Positions 1 through 10,175 of a stretch of 64,000 nucleotides of DNA are shown here, piece by piece. How positions within the stretch are numbered: position 1 is the stretch's first letter; every line of letters begins with the position of its first letter. The stretch is from the NCBI GenBank assembly GCA_963845755.1, contig CAWJTV010000047.1:1-64000 (forward strand). Direction: 5' to 3'. The notes below the pieces were generated by a model. It was given only the letters and a program-made list of their open reading frames with translations. It was not told the DNA's origin and ran no database searches. This DNA comes from an uncultured Planctomycetota bacterium. Lineage in GTDB: Bacteria; Planctomycetota; Planctomycetia; Isosphaerales; Isosphaeraceae. The position numbers were made by a program, and so were the translations under genes.

Positions 1-313
1 TAACTTGGCCTTGGGCAGCAACCCCATCGGATCCCGATTCGCGATCCAGATTCCCGAAGGGGAATGATCCGGGAATCGGGAATCTCGAATCCGGAACTCG
101 GAATCCCCAGATGCGCGCGGGGCAAGGGGATATTACGGAAGAAGACTCTATCAGAGTACTGATTGACAGGCTTGGAACTCGTCGGCATGGTGGGCACAGA
201 TCAGGCGTTCGGCCGTCTTGACATGGTCTTCAGCCAGGGGGCATGAACGTTGCGGAATGCGGACGACGGGGATCGTAGCGTCGCGCGTCAGCCGAATCTC
301 GTCAAGGATCTGT

Positions 314-436
314 TCAGGCAGTTCGGAGAGGGACAGGAACCGGGTTGTCCGGGTCGAGCATCTGGAGGCAGTCCATCATCACCTGGTAGCCGGTAATGGA
401 ACCGCTCTCGTACATCTCGATCAATCTACTGATCAT
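314..436 (-). CDS. Small translationally coupled hypothetical protein (MISRLIEMYESG...), probably frameshifted and extending further
   Basis: ATG at 436 overlaps the stop of the upstream gene. Confidence 0.3.
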   Translation of the reverse strand: MISRLIEMYESGSITGYQVMMDCLQMLDPDNPVPVPLRTA

Positions 437-902
437 TTCCCCTCTTCTCTCATGCGTACGACCAGGGTATCTGCATAATCCCACGCTTGCCAGTGGAAGT
501 TCCCTGGGTTGTCCGGGCTGGTTTCGGCCTCCCATTTCTCAATCGAAGCACCCTCCGCGAAGCTCGAACGTAGCATCTCGAGTTCGAACAGTCATGGCCG
601 ATGACGGCCACGATCGCCTCGTCACTCGCCAGGATGTCCTTGCGGATCAAGAACGGGATCCTCCCGGTCTTCTTGTGGAAGAACCAGGACCAATCGATGA
701 TCGTTCCTTCAAATTCCCGGAACGTCGTGGTCTTGGCCGTCGTACTCTCGTCCAGGTAGTTGTACTCGTCTACTGAGAATTGTACATAACTGGGGATGTC
801 TACGCCCCAACTCCTCGCGATCTCGCACGCCTCATCGATCGTCCTGGTTGCTCCATCAGGATTTGGCCGCCATCCGAAACGCGGGGCTGCTCCAGAGATC
901 AT
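433..902 (-). CDS. Cassette hypothetical protein, possible metallo-toxin-like domain (frameshifted near 590)
   Basis: ORF 450..902. A one-base correction near 590 gives ...VAVIGHELFELEML...NFHWQAWDYADTLVVRMREEGK*, whose stop overlaps (ATGA) the next start at 436. Confidence 0.45.
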
Positions 903-1066
903 GTTCGCCTCATGCCTGGCCGCGATGTAACTGCAGTTCGCATGCGAACCATGGGACGGCCCCCATTGACGTCCTTATCATGGTTTTCCAGCATACCATG
1001 GTCACCTGCCCGTTGGAAGGCACGGAGCCGTACCATCGGTGAGGCTCCGCGTCATGCTATCGAGAC

Positions 1067-1165
1067 GCCTAACGCAAAGCTCAGCGGCCCGTCCCGCCGA
1101 GCAACCAGCCTCGATTCTACCACAAAGCACCGCGGCGGCCCGGGTCCGCTGAAGCCCGGTTAGAC
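1067..1165 (-). other. attC site 1 (long variant, 99 bp)
   Basis: Minus strand GTCTAAC...GTTAGGC with imperfect inverted arms (CAGCGGACCCG/CGGGCCGCTG). Confidence 0.85.
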
Positions 1166-1411
1166 CGATCCGGGGGAGCCATCCTGATCGGAGTGGGCCA
1201 CCCGATGGAGGCCGGCATCGATGCCGTCGCGGCGATTACCCTCGATCGCCAAGTGCAAGGGTACCACGATCACCAGCGAGGCGATGAGAAAGCCCGCGAC
1301 CGCGCCTTGATCGTCGGGATTTGCAGCGAATAGGCCCAGGATGATACCCACGATGGCTATCAGGGCCATTGCCCTAAGGATCGTAAGACGATTCCTCTGT
1401 TGGTGTGGCAT
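1160..1411 (-). CDS. Cassette small membrane protein (83 aa)
   Basis: MPHQQRNRL... with two hydrophobic segments; TAA stop lies in the R'' box of attC1. Confidence 0.6.
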   Translation of the reverse strand: MPHQQRNRLTILRAMALIAIVGIILGLFAANPDDQGAVAGFLIASLVIVVPLHLAIEGNRRDGIDAGLHRVAHSDQDGSPGSV

Positions 1412-1423
1412 GGAATTTCGGCC

Positions 1424-1482
1424 GCCTAACGAAAAGTTCAGCGGCCCGCCGCAGGCGGGTCCGCTGCATCGCCTTGTTAGAA
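1424..1482 (-). other. attC site 2
   Basis: TTCTAAC...GTTAGGC, 59 bp, palindromic core shared with the other attC sites. Confidence 0.9.
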
Positions 1483-1917
1483 GGGCATCGAGGTCGTCAG
1501 CGACTTGGCCATGTGGTAGTGCACATGACCGGTCGGGAAGCCATCGAGTTGCCCGTAGACCCGGTAGCCATGCCCCTCGTAGAAGCCGCGCCCCTGAAAG
1601 TCGAAGGTGCCGAGCAGCGCGCCGGTGCACCCCTGCGATGCCGCCGTCTGCTCGGCCTCCTGCAGCAGGCGGCTCCCGAGGCCCCGGCTGCGCAAGGGCT
1701 CGGCCACCCACAGCGCATCGATGATGAGCCAGCCCCAGGCCTGAGCCGCCAGCAGTCCACCGACAACCGAGCCATCCGGCGCCGGCGCGATCCAGGAGAG
1801 CCGGCCGTAGGCCCGGGGCCCGGCGTCCGGCGGGTCGCCCCGGGCGATGCCGAGATGGATCGCCCCCTCCTCCTCCGGGCTCGGCGCCTCCGCGTGCGAG
1901 ATCGAATACTCGCCCAT
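1477..1917 (-). CDS. GNAT-family N-acetyltransferase cassette
   Basis: LWVAEPLRSRGLGSRLL acetyl-CoA motif, TFDFQGRGFYE; stop in R'' of attC2. Confidence 0.85.
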   Translation of the reverse strand: MGEYSISHAEAPSPEEEGAIHLGIARGDPPDAGPRAYGRLSWIAPAPDGSVVGGLLAAQAWGWLIIDALWVAEPLRSRGLGSRLLQEAEQTAASQGCTGALLGTFDFQGRGFYEGHGYRVYGQLDGFPTGHVHYHMAKSLTTSMPF

Positions 1918-1961
1918 GCCACCACCTCCGCCGATCGAGCGCCCGGGTCACGATCCTCGCC

Positions 1962-2018
1962 AGCTAACGACCAAGTTCAGCGGCGGCCGAAGGCCATCCG
2001 GTGCAACGCCTCGTTAGA
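1962..2018 (-). other. attC site 3 (R'' box interrupted by IS110 copy 1)
   Basis: Plus strand AGCTAAC...CGTTAGA followed directly by the IS left end. Confidence 0.8.
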
Positions 2019-3796
2019 TACTATGTCCGGAGCGACCGGGCAGAAAAACGGTGAGCCGCTGACGGTAAGCTCCTCAGAAGAGGTCTTTCACCAAATCCCT
2101 CTCAACCACGGAGTCTCACCATGTCAGCGACCCACGACCTTCATCCTATCACCACCGGCTCGAACACGCTCTACCTCGCGTTCGAACTCGGCTGGACCTC
2201 CTGGAACCTCGCCTTCACCACCGCCATGGCCCGGAAGCCGCGGCTCCGCACCATCCCCGCTCGCGATCTCGATGCCCTTCAGCGCGAGATCCTCTGCGCA
2301 AGGCACCGCTTCGCCCTCCCCGACGACGCCTCTGTTCTCTCCTGCTACGAGGCCGGCCGCGACGGCTTCTGGCTCCATCGCGATCTCCAACACCACGCCA
2401 TCACCAACTGCGTCGTCAACGCCGCCCGCATCGAGGTCAATCGCCGCGCCCGCCGCGCCAAGAGCGATCGGCTCGACGTCGGCAAGCTCTTGACCATGTT
2501 GATCCGTTATCACGGCGGCGAGCACAAGCTCTGGAGCATCGTCCGCATCCCCACCCCCGACGATGAGGACCGCCGTCAGCCCCACCGCGAGCTGATCGCT
2601 GTCAAGGGCCAGCGCACCGAGCACTCCCATCGCATCAAGGGACTCCTCGCCAATCTCGGCCTTGACGTTGTGGTCGATGACCCGTTGCCGGAACGCCTCG
2701 GCCAGCTTCGCCAGTGGGACGGGAGGCCGGTCCCGGCCGAGCTGAGTGCCCGCATCGTCCGCGAGTGCGACCGCTGGACCTGGTCGACCGCCAGGCGCCG
2801 ACCTGGAGAACGCCCAGCGGCGAGCGTTCCGCGACGACGCGACGGCCGACGTCGAGACGCTGCGGCTGCTGCTGAACCTCAAGGCGATCGGTCCGATGAG
2901 CGCGACGCGGTTCGTCCGCGAGTTCTTCGGCTGGCGGCAGATCCAGAACCGCCGCGAGCTGGCGAGCCTCGCCGGTTTGGCCCCGACGCCGTACGCCAGT
3001 GGCGACAGTCAGCGCGAGCAAGGGATCAGCAAGGCGGGCAATCGCCGTCTGCGGTGGATGGCGGTGGAGATCGCCTGGGGCTGGCTGCACTGGCAGCCCC
3101 ACAGCGCCTTGAGCCAGTGGTATCAGCGTCGGTTCGGCGAGGGCAACGCGCGGCGCGCAAGGTGGGGATTGTGGCCCTGGCCCGCAAGTTATTGATTGCG
3201 CTGTGGCGATACCTGGAACAGGGCGAGGTGCCCGAGGGGGCGGAATTCACGCCGTGGGAGAAGAAGCTCAACGGCCGACTGCCTGCATCAGCAAAGGTCG
3301 AATGACCACTGAATTTGTTCATGTAATAACATTATTACTAAAATGAAACCAGGGGCCTTGAGGGAAGAATCACGAGCGTACCGGGCTGGAGGGGGCGACC
3401 GGGCGAGCACGTCTGGTTGGCGGCAGCCGACCGTTTGTTAGATGGGTTTGTCCCACACCTGGCTTCGGAGTCGTCCGCGGACGAACAGAGTAACGGGTGC
3501 TCGGTCCCTTAAGTGAGGATCGACACGGAGAGAAGGTGGTCGCGGCCTCCTGGCAGGCGCAACGCGCGTGACGAAGCCACCAGCCGCCGTCTCGGGAGTT
3601 CGTCGGCAAGGGCAAGGAGTGTGCCGATCGCAGGACCACCGACGTTGTCTGGAGAACGAGAAACAGCGTGTGTCCTGGCTCCCCGCAAACGGGGAGCCAG
3701 GACACACGCTGTCGGACTCGGAGCGATCGCTGTCCGCGCCCCGCGGGACGCCCAGAAAAAATCAGTCGGGGGGCTTGACTTCAGCGGGTTCATAGA
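2019..3796 (+). mobile_element. IS110-family element, copy 1, inserted in attC
   Basis: Near-identical to 4798-6579; AGA at both junctions; about 490 bp non-coding right end. Confidence 0.9.
2121..3305 (+). CDS. IS110-family (DEDD) transposase, frameshifted
   Basis: LAFELG, CYEAGRDGFWLHR, AKSDRLD, GLAPTPYASG, GISKAGN, ALARKL motifs; indels near 2780-2800 and 3160. Confidence 0.9.
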   Translation: MSATHDLHPITTGSNTLYLAFELGWTSWNLAFTTAMARKPRLRTIPARDLDALQREILCARHRFALPDDASVLSCYEAGRDGFWLHRDLQHHAITNCVVNAARIEVNRRARRAKSDRLDVGKLLTMLIRYHGGEHKLWSIVRIPTPDDEDRRQPHRELIAVKGQRTEHSHRIKGLLANLGLDVVVDDPLPERLGQLRQWDGRPVPAELSARIVRECDRWTWSTARRRPGERPAASVPRRRDGRRRDAAAAAEPQGDRSDERDAVRPRVLRLAADPEPPRAGEPRRFGPDAVRQWRQSARARDQQGGQSPSAVDGGGDRLGLAALAAPQRLEPVVSASVRRGQRAARKVGIVALARKLLIALWRYLEQGEVPEGAEFTPWEKKLNGRLPASAKVE

Positions 3797-4038
3797 AGAA
3801 CCCTTCCGCCCACCCGCCGGGTACAACACCCGCACTGGGTTGACAAGGACATGGCGAGACCTCGGCGACACACGGATCGCGGCCATGGCGCCATCACCGT
3901 CAACTCGGGAGACAGCATCCAAGACTCGGGGAAGGGCCAGAAGCGACGACGCTTCGCCGAAGCGTTCGCCGGACACCACGGCCAATTCGATTCGGCCGCC
4001 TTTCGCCCAGCATACTCGATCGCCTGTTCGGGGCTCAT
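3797..4038 (-). CDS. Cassette hypothetical protein (MSPEQAIEYAG...), frameshifted
   Basis: ATG at 4038; runs toward the R'' of attC3, which the IS has displaced. Confidence 0.35.
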
Positions 4039-4079
4039 GGTCGGAAGGCCGACTGACAAGGATGAGAGAACGACCTCAG

Positions 4080-4464
4080 TTACCACAACAACCGGACTGG
4101 ATACTGGACGAATAGACGATCCCGCCGAGATCAATTCCGCCCCCTCCACGATGGCTTGGGCTATCAACAACCGATCGAACGGGTCCTTATGGATGGGCGG
4201 TAGCCCCTCGAGCGCCAGCGAGTGCGGCGATGTCACGGGCAGGACCTGAAGACCGTTCGCCTGCTGCTGGGCGACGATATCGGGCAAGGGAACGCGCACA
4301 CTCAACTTGCCGAGCTGGGCCTTGATCAGGATCTCCCAGACGCTGACGACGCTCAGCCACACAGAGTTGGCGGGGTCGCGGAGAGCCGCCAACGCCACGG
4401 CCGAGAGCTGTGCCGGGTTGCTATCCCACCAGATAAAGGTATGGGTGTCGAGTAGCAGCCTCAT
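4080..4464 (-). CDS. vapC: PIN-domain (VapC-like) toxin
   Basis: MRLLLDTHTFIWW...HKDPFDRLLIAQA; true C-terminus DRLFVQYPVRLLW* (stop at 4080) after a frameshift. Confidence 0.85.
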
Positions 4465-4691
4465 GGCTGACCGATCCAGAAGTCATCCGGCAACGGCACG
4501 TCGAAGTCCGGGGCCGCCTGGATCGCACCGGCGTGGAGTCCCGCAACGCGCGGGCTTGCTCCTCCGCACGGGACAATCCGTGCGCGCGGAGTCGCGCCGT
4601 CAGTCAGGATCACTTCGCCGCCCGAAGCCGCCACCGCCAGTGCCTCCTCAAGTCGAGCCGGCAACTCCCGGATGTCGATGGTCGTAATCAT
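4461..4691 (-). CDS. Antitoxin (Phd/YefM-like with a DFDxPLPDDF tail)
   Basis: 76 aa, overlaps the toxin start; TATAAT -10 box at 4715-4720 upstream. Confidence 0.8.
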   Translation of the reverse strand: MITTIDIRELPARLEEALAVAASGGEVILTDGATPRARIVPCGGASPRVAGLHAGAIQAAPDFDVPLPDDFWIGQP

Positions 4692-4739
4692 TCGCCAGCC
4701 TCCTTTTGGCAGGCATTATACGCGAGCGCAGGCGCCGTC

Positions 4740-4797
4740 GTCTAACGACAAGTTCAGCGGCCCGCCGCAGGCGGGTCCGCTGGATCGCTTCGTGAGA
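4740..4797 (-). other. attC site 4 (R'' box interrupted by IS110 copy 2)
   Basis: Plus strand GTCTAAC...CGTGAGA followed by the IS left end. Confidence 0.85.
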
Positions 4798-6579
4798 TAC
4801 TATGTCCGGAGCGACCGGGCTGAAAACGGTGAGCCGCCGACGGTAAGCTCCTCAGAAGAGGTCTTTCGCCAAATCCCTCTCAACCTCGGAGTCTTACCAT
4901 GTCAGCGACCCACGACCTTCATCCTACCACCACCGGCTCGAACACGCTCTACCTCGCCTTCGACCTCGGCTGGACGTCCTGGAACCTCGCCTTCACCACC
5001 GCCATGGCCCAGAAGCCGCGGCTCCGCACTATCCCCGCTCGCGATCTCGAAGGTCTCCAGCGCGAGATCCTCCTCGCAAGGCACCGCTTCGCCCTCCCCG
5101 ACGACGCCTCTGTTCTCTCCTGCTACGAGGCCGGCCGCGACGGCTTCTGGCTCCATCGCGATCTCCAACACCACGCCATCACCAACTGCGTCGTCGACGC
5201 CGCCAGCATCGAGGTCAATCGCCGCGCTCGCTGCGCCAAGAGCGATCGGCTCGACGTCGGCAAGCTCTTGACCATGTTGATCCGTTATCACGGCGGCGAG
5301 CACAAGCTCTGGAGCGTCGTCCGCATCCCCACCCCCGACGATGAGGACCGCCGCCAGCCCCACCGCGAGCTGATCGCCGTCAAGGGCCAGCGCACCGAGC
5401 ACTCCAATCGCATCAAGGGACTCCTCGCCAATCTCGGCCTTGACGTCGTGGTCGATGACCAGTTGCCGGAACGTCTCGGCCAACTTCGCCAATGGGACGG
5501 GAGGCCGGTCCCGGCCGAGCTGAGTGCCCGCATCCTCCGCGAGTTCGACCGCTGGACACTGGTGGACCGCCAGGCGCGCGACCTGGAGAACGCCCAGCGG
5601 CGAGCGTTCCGCGACGACGCGACGGCTGACGTCGAGAAGCTGCGGCTGCTGCTGAACCTCAAGGCGATCGGTCCGATGAGCGCGACGCTGTTCGTCCGCG
5701 AGTTCTTCGGCTGGCGGCAGATCCAGAACCGCCGCGAGCTGGCGAGCCTCGCCGGTTTGGCCCCGACGCCGTACGCCAGCGGCGACAGTCAGCGCGAGCA
5801 AGGGATCAGCAAGGCGGGCAATCGCCGTCTGCGGTGGATGGCGGTGGAGATCGCCTGGGGCTGGCTGCACTGGCAGCCCAATAGCGCCTTGAGCCAGTGG
5901 TATCAGCGTCGGTTCGGCGAGGGCAACGCGCGGGCGCGGAAGATGGGGATTGTGGCCCTGGCCCGCAAGTTGTTGATCGCGCTGTGGCGATACCTGGAGA
6001 CAGGGCGAGGTGCCCGAGGGGGCGGAATTCACGCCGTGGGAGAAGAAGCTCAACGGCCGACTGCCTGCATCAGCAAAGGTCGGATGATCACTAAATTTGT
6101 TCATGTAATAACATTATTACTAACATGAAACCGGGGGCCTTGAGGGAAGAATCACGAGCGTACCGGGCTGGAGGGGGCGACCGGGCGAGCACGCTGGTCG
6201 GCGGCAGCCGACCGTGAGTTAGATGGGTTTGTCCCCACACCTGGCTTCGGAGTCGTCCGCGGACGAACAGAGTAACGGGTGCTCGGTCCCTTGAAGTGAG
6301 GATCGACACGGAGAGAAGGTGGTCGCGGACTCCTGGCAGGCGCGACGTGCGTGACGAAGCCACCAGCCGCCGTCTCGGGAGTTCGTCGGCAAGGGCAAGG
6401 AGTGTGCCGATCGCAGGACCACCGACGTTGTCTGGAGAACGAGAAACAGCGTGTGTCCTGGCTCCCCGCAAACGGGGAGCCAGGACACACGCTGTCGGAC
6501 TCGGAGCGATCGCTGTCCGCGCCCCGCAGGGCGCCCAGAAAAAATTAGTCGGGGGCCTTGACCTCAGCGTCTTCATAGA
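4798..6579 (+). mobile_element. IS110-family element, copy 2, inserted in attC
   Basis: Ends AGA|TACTATG ... TTCATAGA|; homologous to copy 1. Confidence 0.9.
4899..6087 (+). CDS. IS110-family transposase
   Basis: Same motifs as copy 1; single indel near 6000. Confidence 0.9.
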
Positions 6580-6644
6580 AGGCAGTAGCGGTACCCCGGG
6601 GGCCGGATGTAGAACGGCTCGTGCATCTGGCGCCCCCTCCTTCG

Positions 6645-9056
6645 GTCGGGTAAGGAGGTGAGGTTGCCCTCACCCCCTCCCCTCAGAACCGTACGTGCGC
6701 CTTGCGACGCATACGGCTCAAGCCTTCTCGAACGCCCCTCGCGGGACACAGCCCAGTCCGCCAGCCTTCCTCTTGCCGTGGATCTGCCGATGGCAGTGGG
6801 CGTGCAACAACTCCAAGTTGTCGTACGTCTCACCGCCGCCTCGATTGCGCCAGATCCGATGATGAATGTGCCAGGGTTCGTCTTCGGCCTGAAGAGGCTG
6901 CCCGCACATCACACATCGACCCCCTTGTCCCTTCCAGAGATACTCGATCCGGCCTCGACCTGCCAGGGTGTGCGTCAGCTTCCAGGCCGACCTCTCCTCC
7001 AGGTAGAGCTCCCACTCCGGATCGTAGGGGTTGGCCGCACTCCGGATCTTCCTCCACCGCAGGACCTTGACCCCGGCCGCTTTCATCAGCCGGATCCGTC
7101 CGCCGAGCCCGTGCTGTCACGGATTGTGCCCGTGAAGACCCAGTCTCGGTGGCCCTCGCGCTGGAAGTATTTCCTCTTGATCCACTTCCAGTTCTTCTCG
7201 GGATGGCGTCGGCGACACCATCTCATCAGCTTCCGGAAGATCCGATCGTCCACCGCATGGAAGATGCGCTTGCTGACCGCATAACGGTGGTACATGGTCC
7301 AGCCCTTGATCTGTTGATTCAAGCGCCGGATTAAGTCGCCCGCCGTCTTGCCGCCCGAGTCGTCGATCGTCGCCTGGATCTTGGCCAGGAACGTCTTGAT
7401 GCTCCGCTTCGATGGCTTGATCAAGACCTTGCCATTAGGGAAGCGTCGCACCGCCTGTCCCAGGAAATCGAAGCCGTCCTCAAGATGGGTGATCCTGGTC
7501 TTCTCGTGGGAGAGTTCGAGACCCCGCTTTCGTAAGAAGTGTTCCACGAGGGGCTGGACTTCACCTCGCAGGAGGACCCTTGATGTGCCGGTAATGATGA
7601 AGTCATCCGCATATCGGACCAGATGGACCTTGCCTCCCGCACGCCGTCGGCGTGTGTTGCTGAAGCGCCGCTCCAGCAACTCTTGCAACCCATCCAGGGC
7701 CCGGTTCGCCAGCGCGGGGGAGACGATCCCCCCTTGAGGTGTGCCTTCCGTGGTGGCGAACAGGACGTGCTTCTCCAGGAACCCGGCCTTCAGCCACTTC
7801 CGGAGCACCTCCTTGTCCATGGGGATATGGTCGATCAACCAACGATGGCTGATCCGATCAAAGCAGGCTTTGATATCCCCCTCCAAGATCCAGCTCGGAC
7901 CGGGCGGACCCCTGAGGATCTTGTGACACTCATCCAGGGCATCGGCACAGCAGCGTTCCAGTCGAAAGCCGTAGGAATGGCCGTCGGCGAGGGACTCTGC
8001 GATGGGATCGAGGCCCAGCAGGTAGAGGGCCTGCATGGCTCGATCGGCCATGGTAGGAATCCCTAAACCACGTCGCTGGCCGTTGCTCTTGGGAATGTAA
8101 ACCCTGCGGAGCGGTTGCGGCCGATAGCCGTGCCGACGCAGGGTGCTGAAGGCCGCCGACTTGACCTCCGGCGTGTTCCAGAGGATTCCGTCCACGCCGG
8201 GGGTCCGCGCACCCGAATTACTGACGACTCGCAAGATGGCCAGAGCCCGGCCACTGTACGAGTGGGTGAGCAGGTAGACCAGGGCTTTGGCTTTGTTCCA
8301 CCTGCCCTCCCGGACTGCCTTTACGATACGCGCCTGGAGCCGACGGACCGTGCGCCAGACTTTCTTCCAGGAAATGGAATTCCAGTCGGGCGCATGGCCG
8401 GGGACCGCACCAACAGGCGTTGCCGCCTGTGCCTTATCTGCTTTGCCCCCTGAGTCAGTTGGCCGAGGTTCTCTCGTAACGGAAGACCCGGGGGAAGTCG
8501 GCTCCCTTTCGGGCGGGGTGATGTCGCCTGTCGGCTCAACCCCTATCCGACCGGTTAGTGGCCGGCGTTCGCTTCCTCCCTCGTCCTGTACCCGCCGCCC
8601 CATGGGCTCCTCTTGCGAGTCGCCTACCCTCGCGGGGAGGACGACGGGCTTACCACGTTCCGACGATGTGCCAAGGTGGGGAGGGTCGCCGCTCTTCGCC
8701 GGTGGTACGGCATCTGCGCCAGGGGAGTTAGGAGCCCCCGGACCTGACCACGTGCCCTTTTGGCCCAAGCGTGACAGCATCTTCCGCTTGTTCTCAGTAA
8801 CGACGTTTATCGCGGCTTCACTTTACGTTGACCCGTCCACCCGATCCTGGTCCCCGACCGCGTTGATGCTGGCAGTCGCGGCGTCGGCTCGCGCTCCGGC
8901 CGCCCTCCCGAGGGAGGAGGATACGTTGTGCCGGGGGCTTGGCACCCCTCCGTTGCCGGAGGCGCACTCCCCGGTGGGATACTGCTGGCAGAACAGCAGG
9001 TGCTGTCGCCCTCTCCGAGGTCGCAGCACAGTCACATCGGCGACTTCGTGTCGCAC
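6645..9056 (-). mobile_element. Group II intron copy A
   Basis: 5' end GTGCG, 3' end ...CCTTACCCGAC; domain V GAGCCGTATGCG-GCAA-CGTACGGTTC; RT ORF. Confidence 0.95.
6718..8435 (-). CDS. ltrA: Group II intron RT/maturase with C-terminal HNH endonuclease (frameshift near 7100)
   Basis: NSGARTPGVDG, RGLGIPT, EGDIKACFD, GTPQGG, YADD, CxxC...HIHH...N...H..CH; start uncertain. Confidence 0.9.
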
Positions 9057-9113
9057 CCTAACGCCCAAGATCAGGGGCCCGCGCAGCGGGTCCGCTGCAT
9101 CGCCTCGTTAGAC
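9057..9113 (-). other. attC site 5 (last base of R' displaced by intron A)
   Basis: GTCTAAC...GTTAGG|intron|C. Confidence 0.9.
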
Positions 9114-9886
9114 ATGAATTCCGGCTGGCGCCGTTCCAGAACGATGATCCTCAGTTGCTCGACTGTAAGCATCGGTTTGCTTCTGTGGATCATTCGGTGA
9201 CAGTTCGAGCAGACGATAGCCAACTCGCTCAGCCGAGTCTTGTGCCTTTCGGTAAGGCGGGAGAGAGGAGTCCGATGATGGCACTCGGCGAAGCTTTTGC
9301 CCAGAAGACCGTAGACGTGCTCGAAATCGAAGTCACATGATTCGCAAAGCAAGGCACCGGTCCGTTCAAGCACTATCTCCTTCTTTCGGCGTACCGCTCG
9401 GGATTTCCGCTCCTTCAATCGGTGAAGCCGGAACTGTACGCCCCCTTCCTCGAATCCTTCTAGGTCGGTTGCTGCCAGATCTCGGTAATCGACTGTTGCA
9501 GCGTCTTCAACCAAGAGGTGCAGGCCATGATACTCGCTCACGTCGACCGCCCCGACACGGTGCGAGACGTGAAGCTTGCCGCTCTTCAGCGTGAGGTTCC
9601 ACCGTTGGGAGCCATTGACCTTTGAAGCGGTCATCGTGCCTTCGACAAGGAGATCGCGAACTACCGAGTACGGAACAACAAAGTGGTCCCGCGGGTCGTC
9701 TGAATGCGTCCGGTAGACAACGAGATTCGGTCCCTCGCGACCACGACGCCTGGCTTCTTCGATACGATGGCGCCATGTTCCCAGAAACACCGCGAACCAG
9801 CCGGTGTCGGCGTTCGCCATTACGACGTACTCACCTCGCGATTCGAGGTCTTGTCTCAACAGATCCGCGATACTTGCCGTCTGCAT
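9071..9886 (-). CDS. HNH endonuclease (McrA-like C-terminal domain) cassette
   Basis: CESCDFDF...ECHHRTPL...VCSNCHRMIH. Confidence 0.8.
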   Translation of the reverse strand: MQTASIADLLRQDLESRGEYVVMANADTGWFAVFLGTWRHRIEEARRRGREGPNLVVYRTHSDDPRDHFVVPYSVVRDLLVEGTMTASKVNGSQRWNLTLKSGKLHVSHRVGAVDVSEYHGLHLLVEDAATVDYRDLAATDLEGFEEGGVQFRLHRLKERKSRAVRRKKEIVLERTGALLCESCDFDFEHVYGLLGKSFAECHHRTPLSRLTERHKTRLSELAIVCSNCHRMIHRSKPMLTVEQLRIIVLERRQPEFMSNEAMQRTRCAGP

Positions 9887-9989
9887 TCTTACGACGCCTC
9901 GAGGGTGATTGATGTGGTTAAAGCGCCGCATGAATCCATGCGATTATAGTATTGTATTGTTGACTGCCGGCTCACGCCTCCTCAGACGC

Positions 9990-10175
9990 TCATGGGGGCG
10001 GGATTTGGAGGTCGCGGCAGATCTTCCGAGCCAGGTACTCGTAGATCTCGGTGTGCCGAGGGACGGCCGATGTCGCGTTCGTGGCCGGGTTCACGTAAAT
10101 GCTGTGCTTGCCGCCCTCGCGGAGCAGCCGGCAGCCATGTGCCTGCAGGTGCCTGATGAGGTCGTGGCGCTTCAT
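9990..10175 (-). CDS. hicA: HicA-family toxin
   Basis: REGGKHSIY...VPRHTEI...ICRDL. Confidence 0.9.
   Translation of the reverse strand: MKRHDLIRHLQAHGCRLLREGGKHSIYVNPATNATSAVPRHTEIYEYLARKICRDLQIPPP

Noticed and set aside
1160..1951. 263-aa ORF spanning two cassettes
   Set aside because: It is a shadow frame over the GNAT gene that reads through attC2; only the last 83 aa look real.
3790..4464. 224-aa extended PIN toxin
   Set aside because: A frameshift joins vapC to a downstream ORF; the natural end DRLFVQYPVRLLW* is visible in another frame at 4080.
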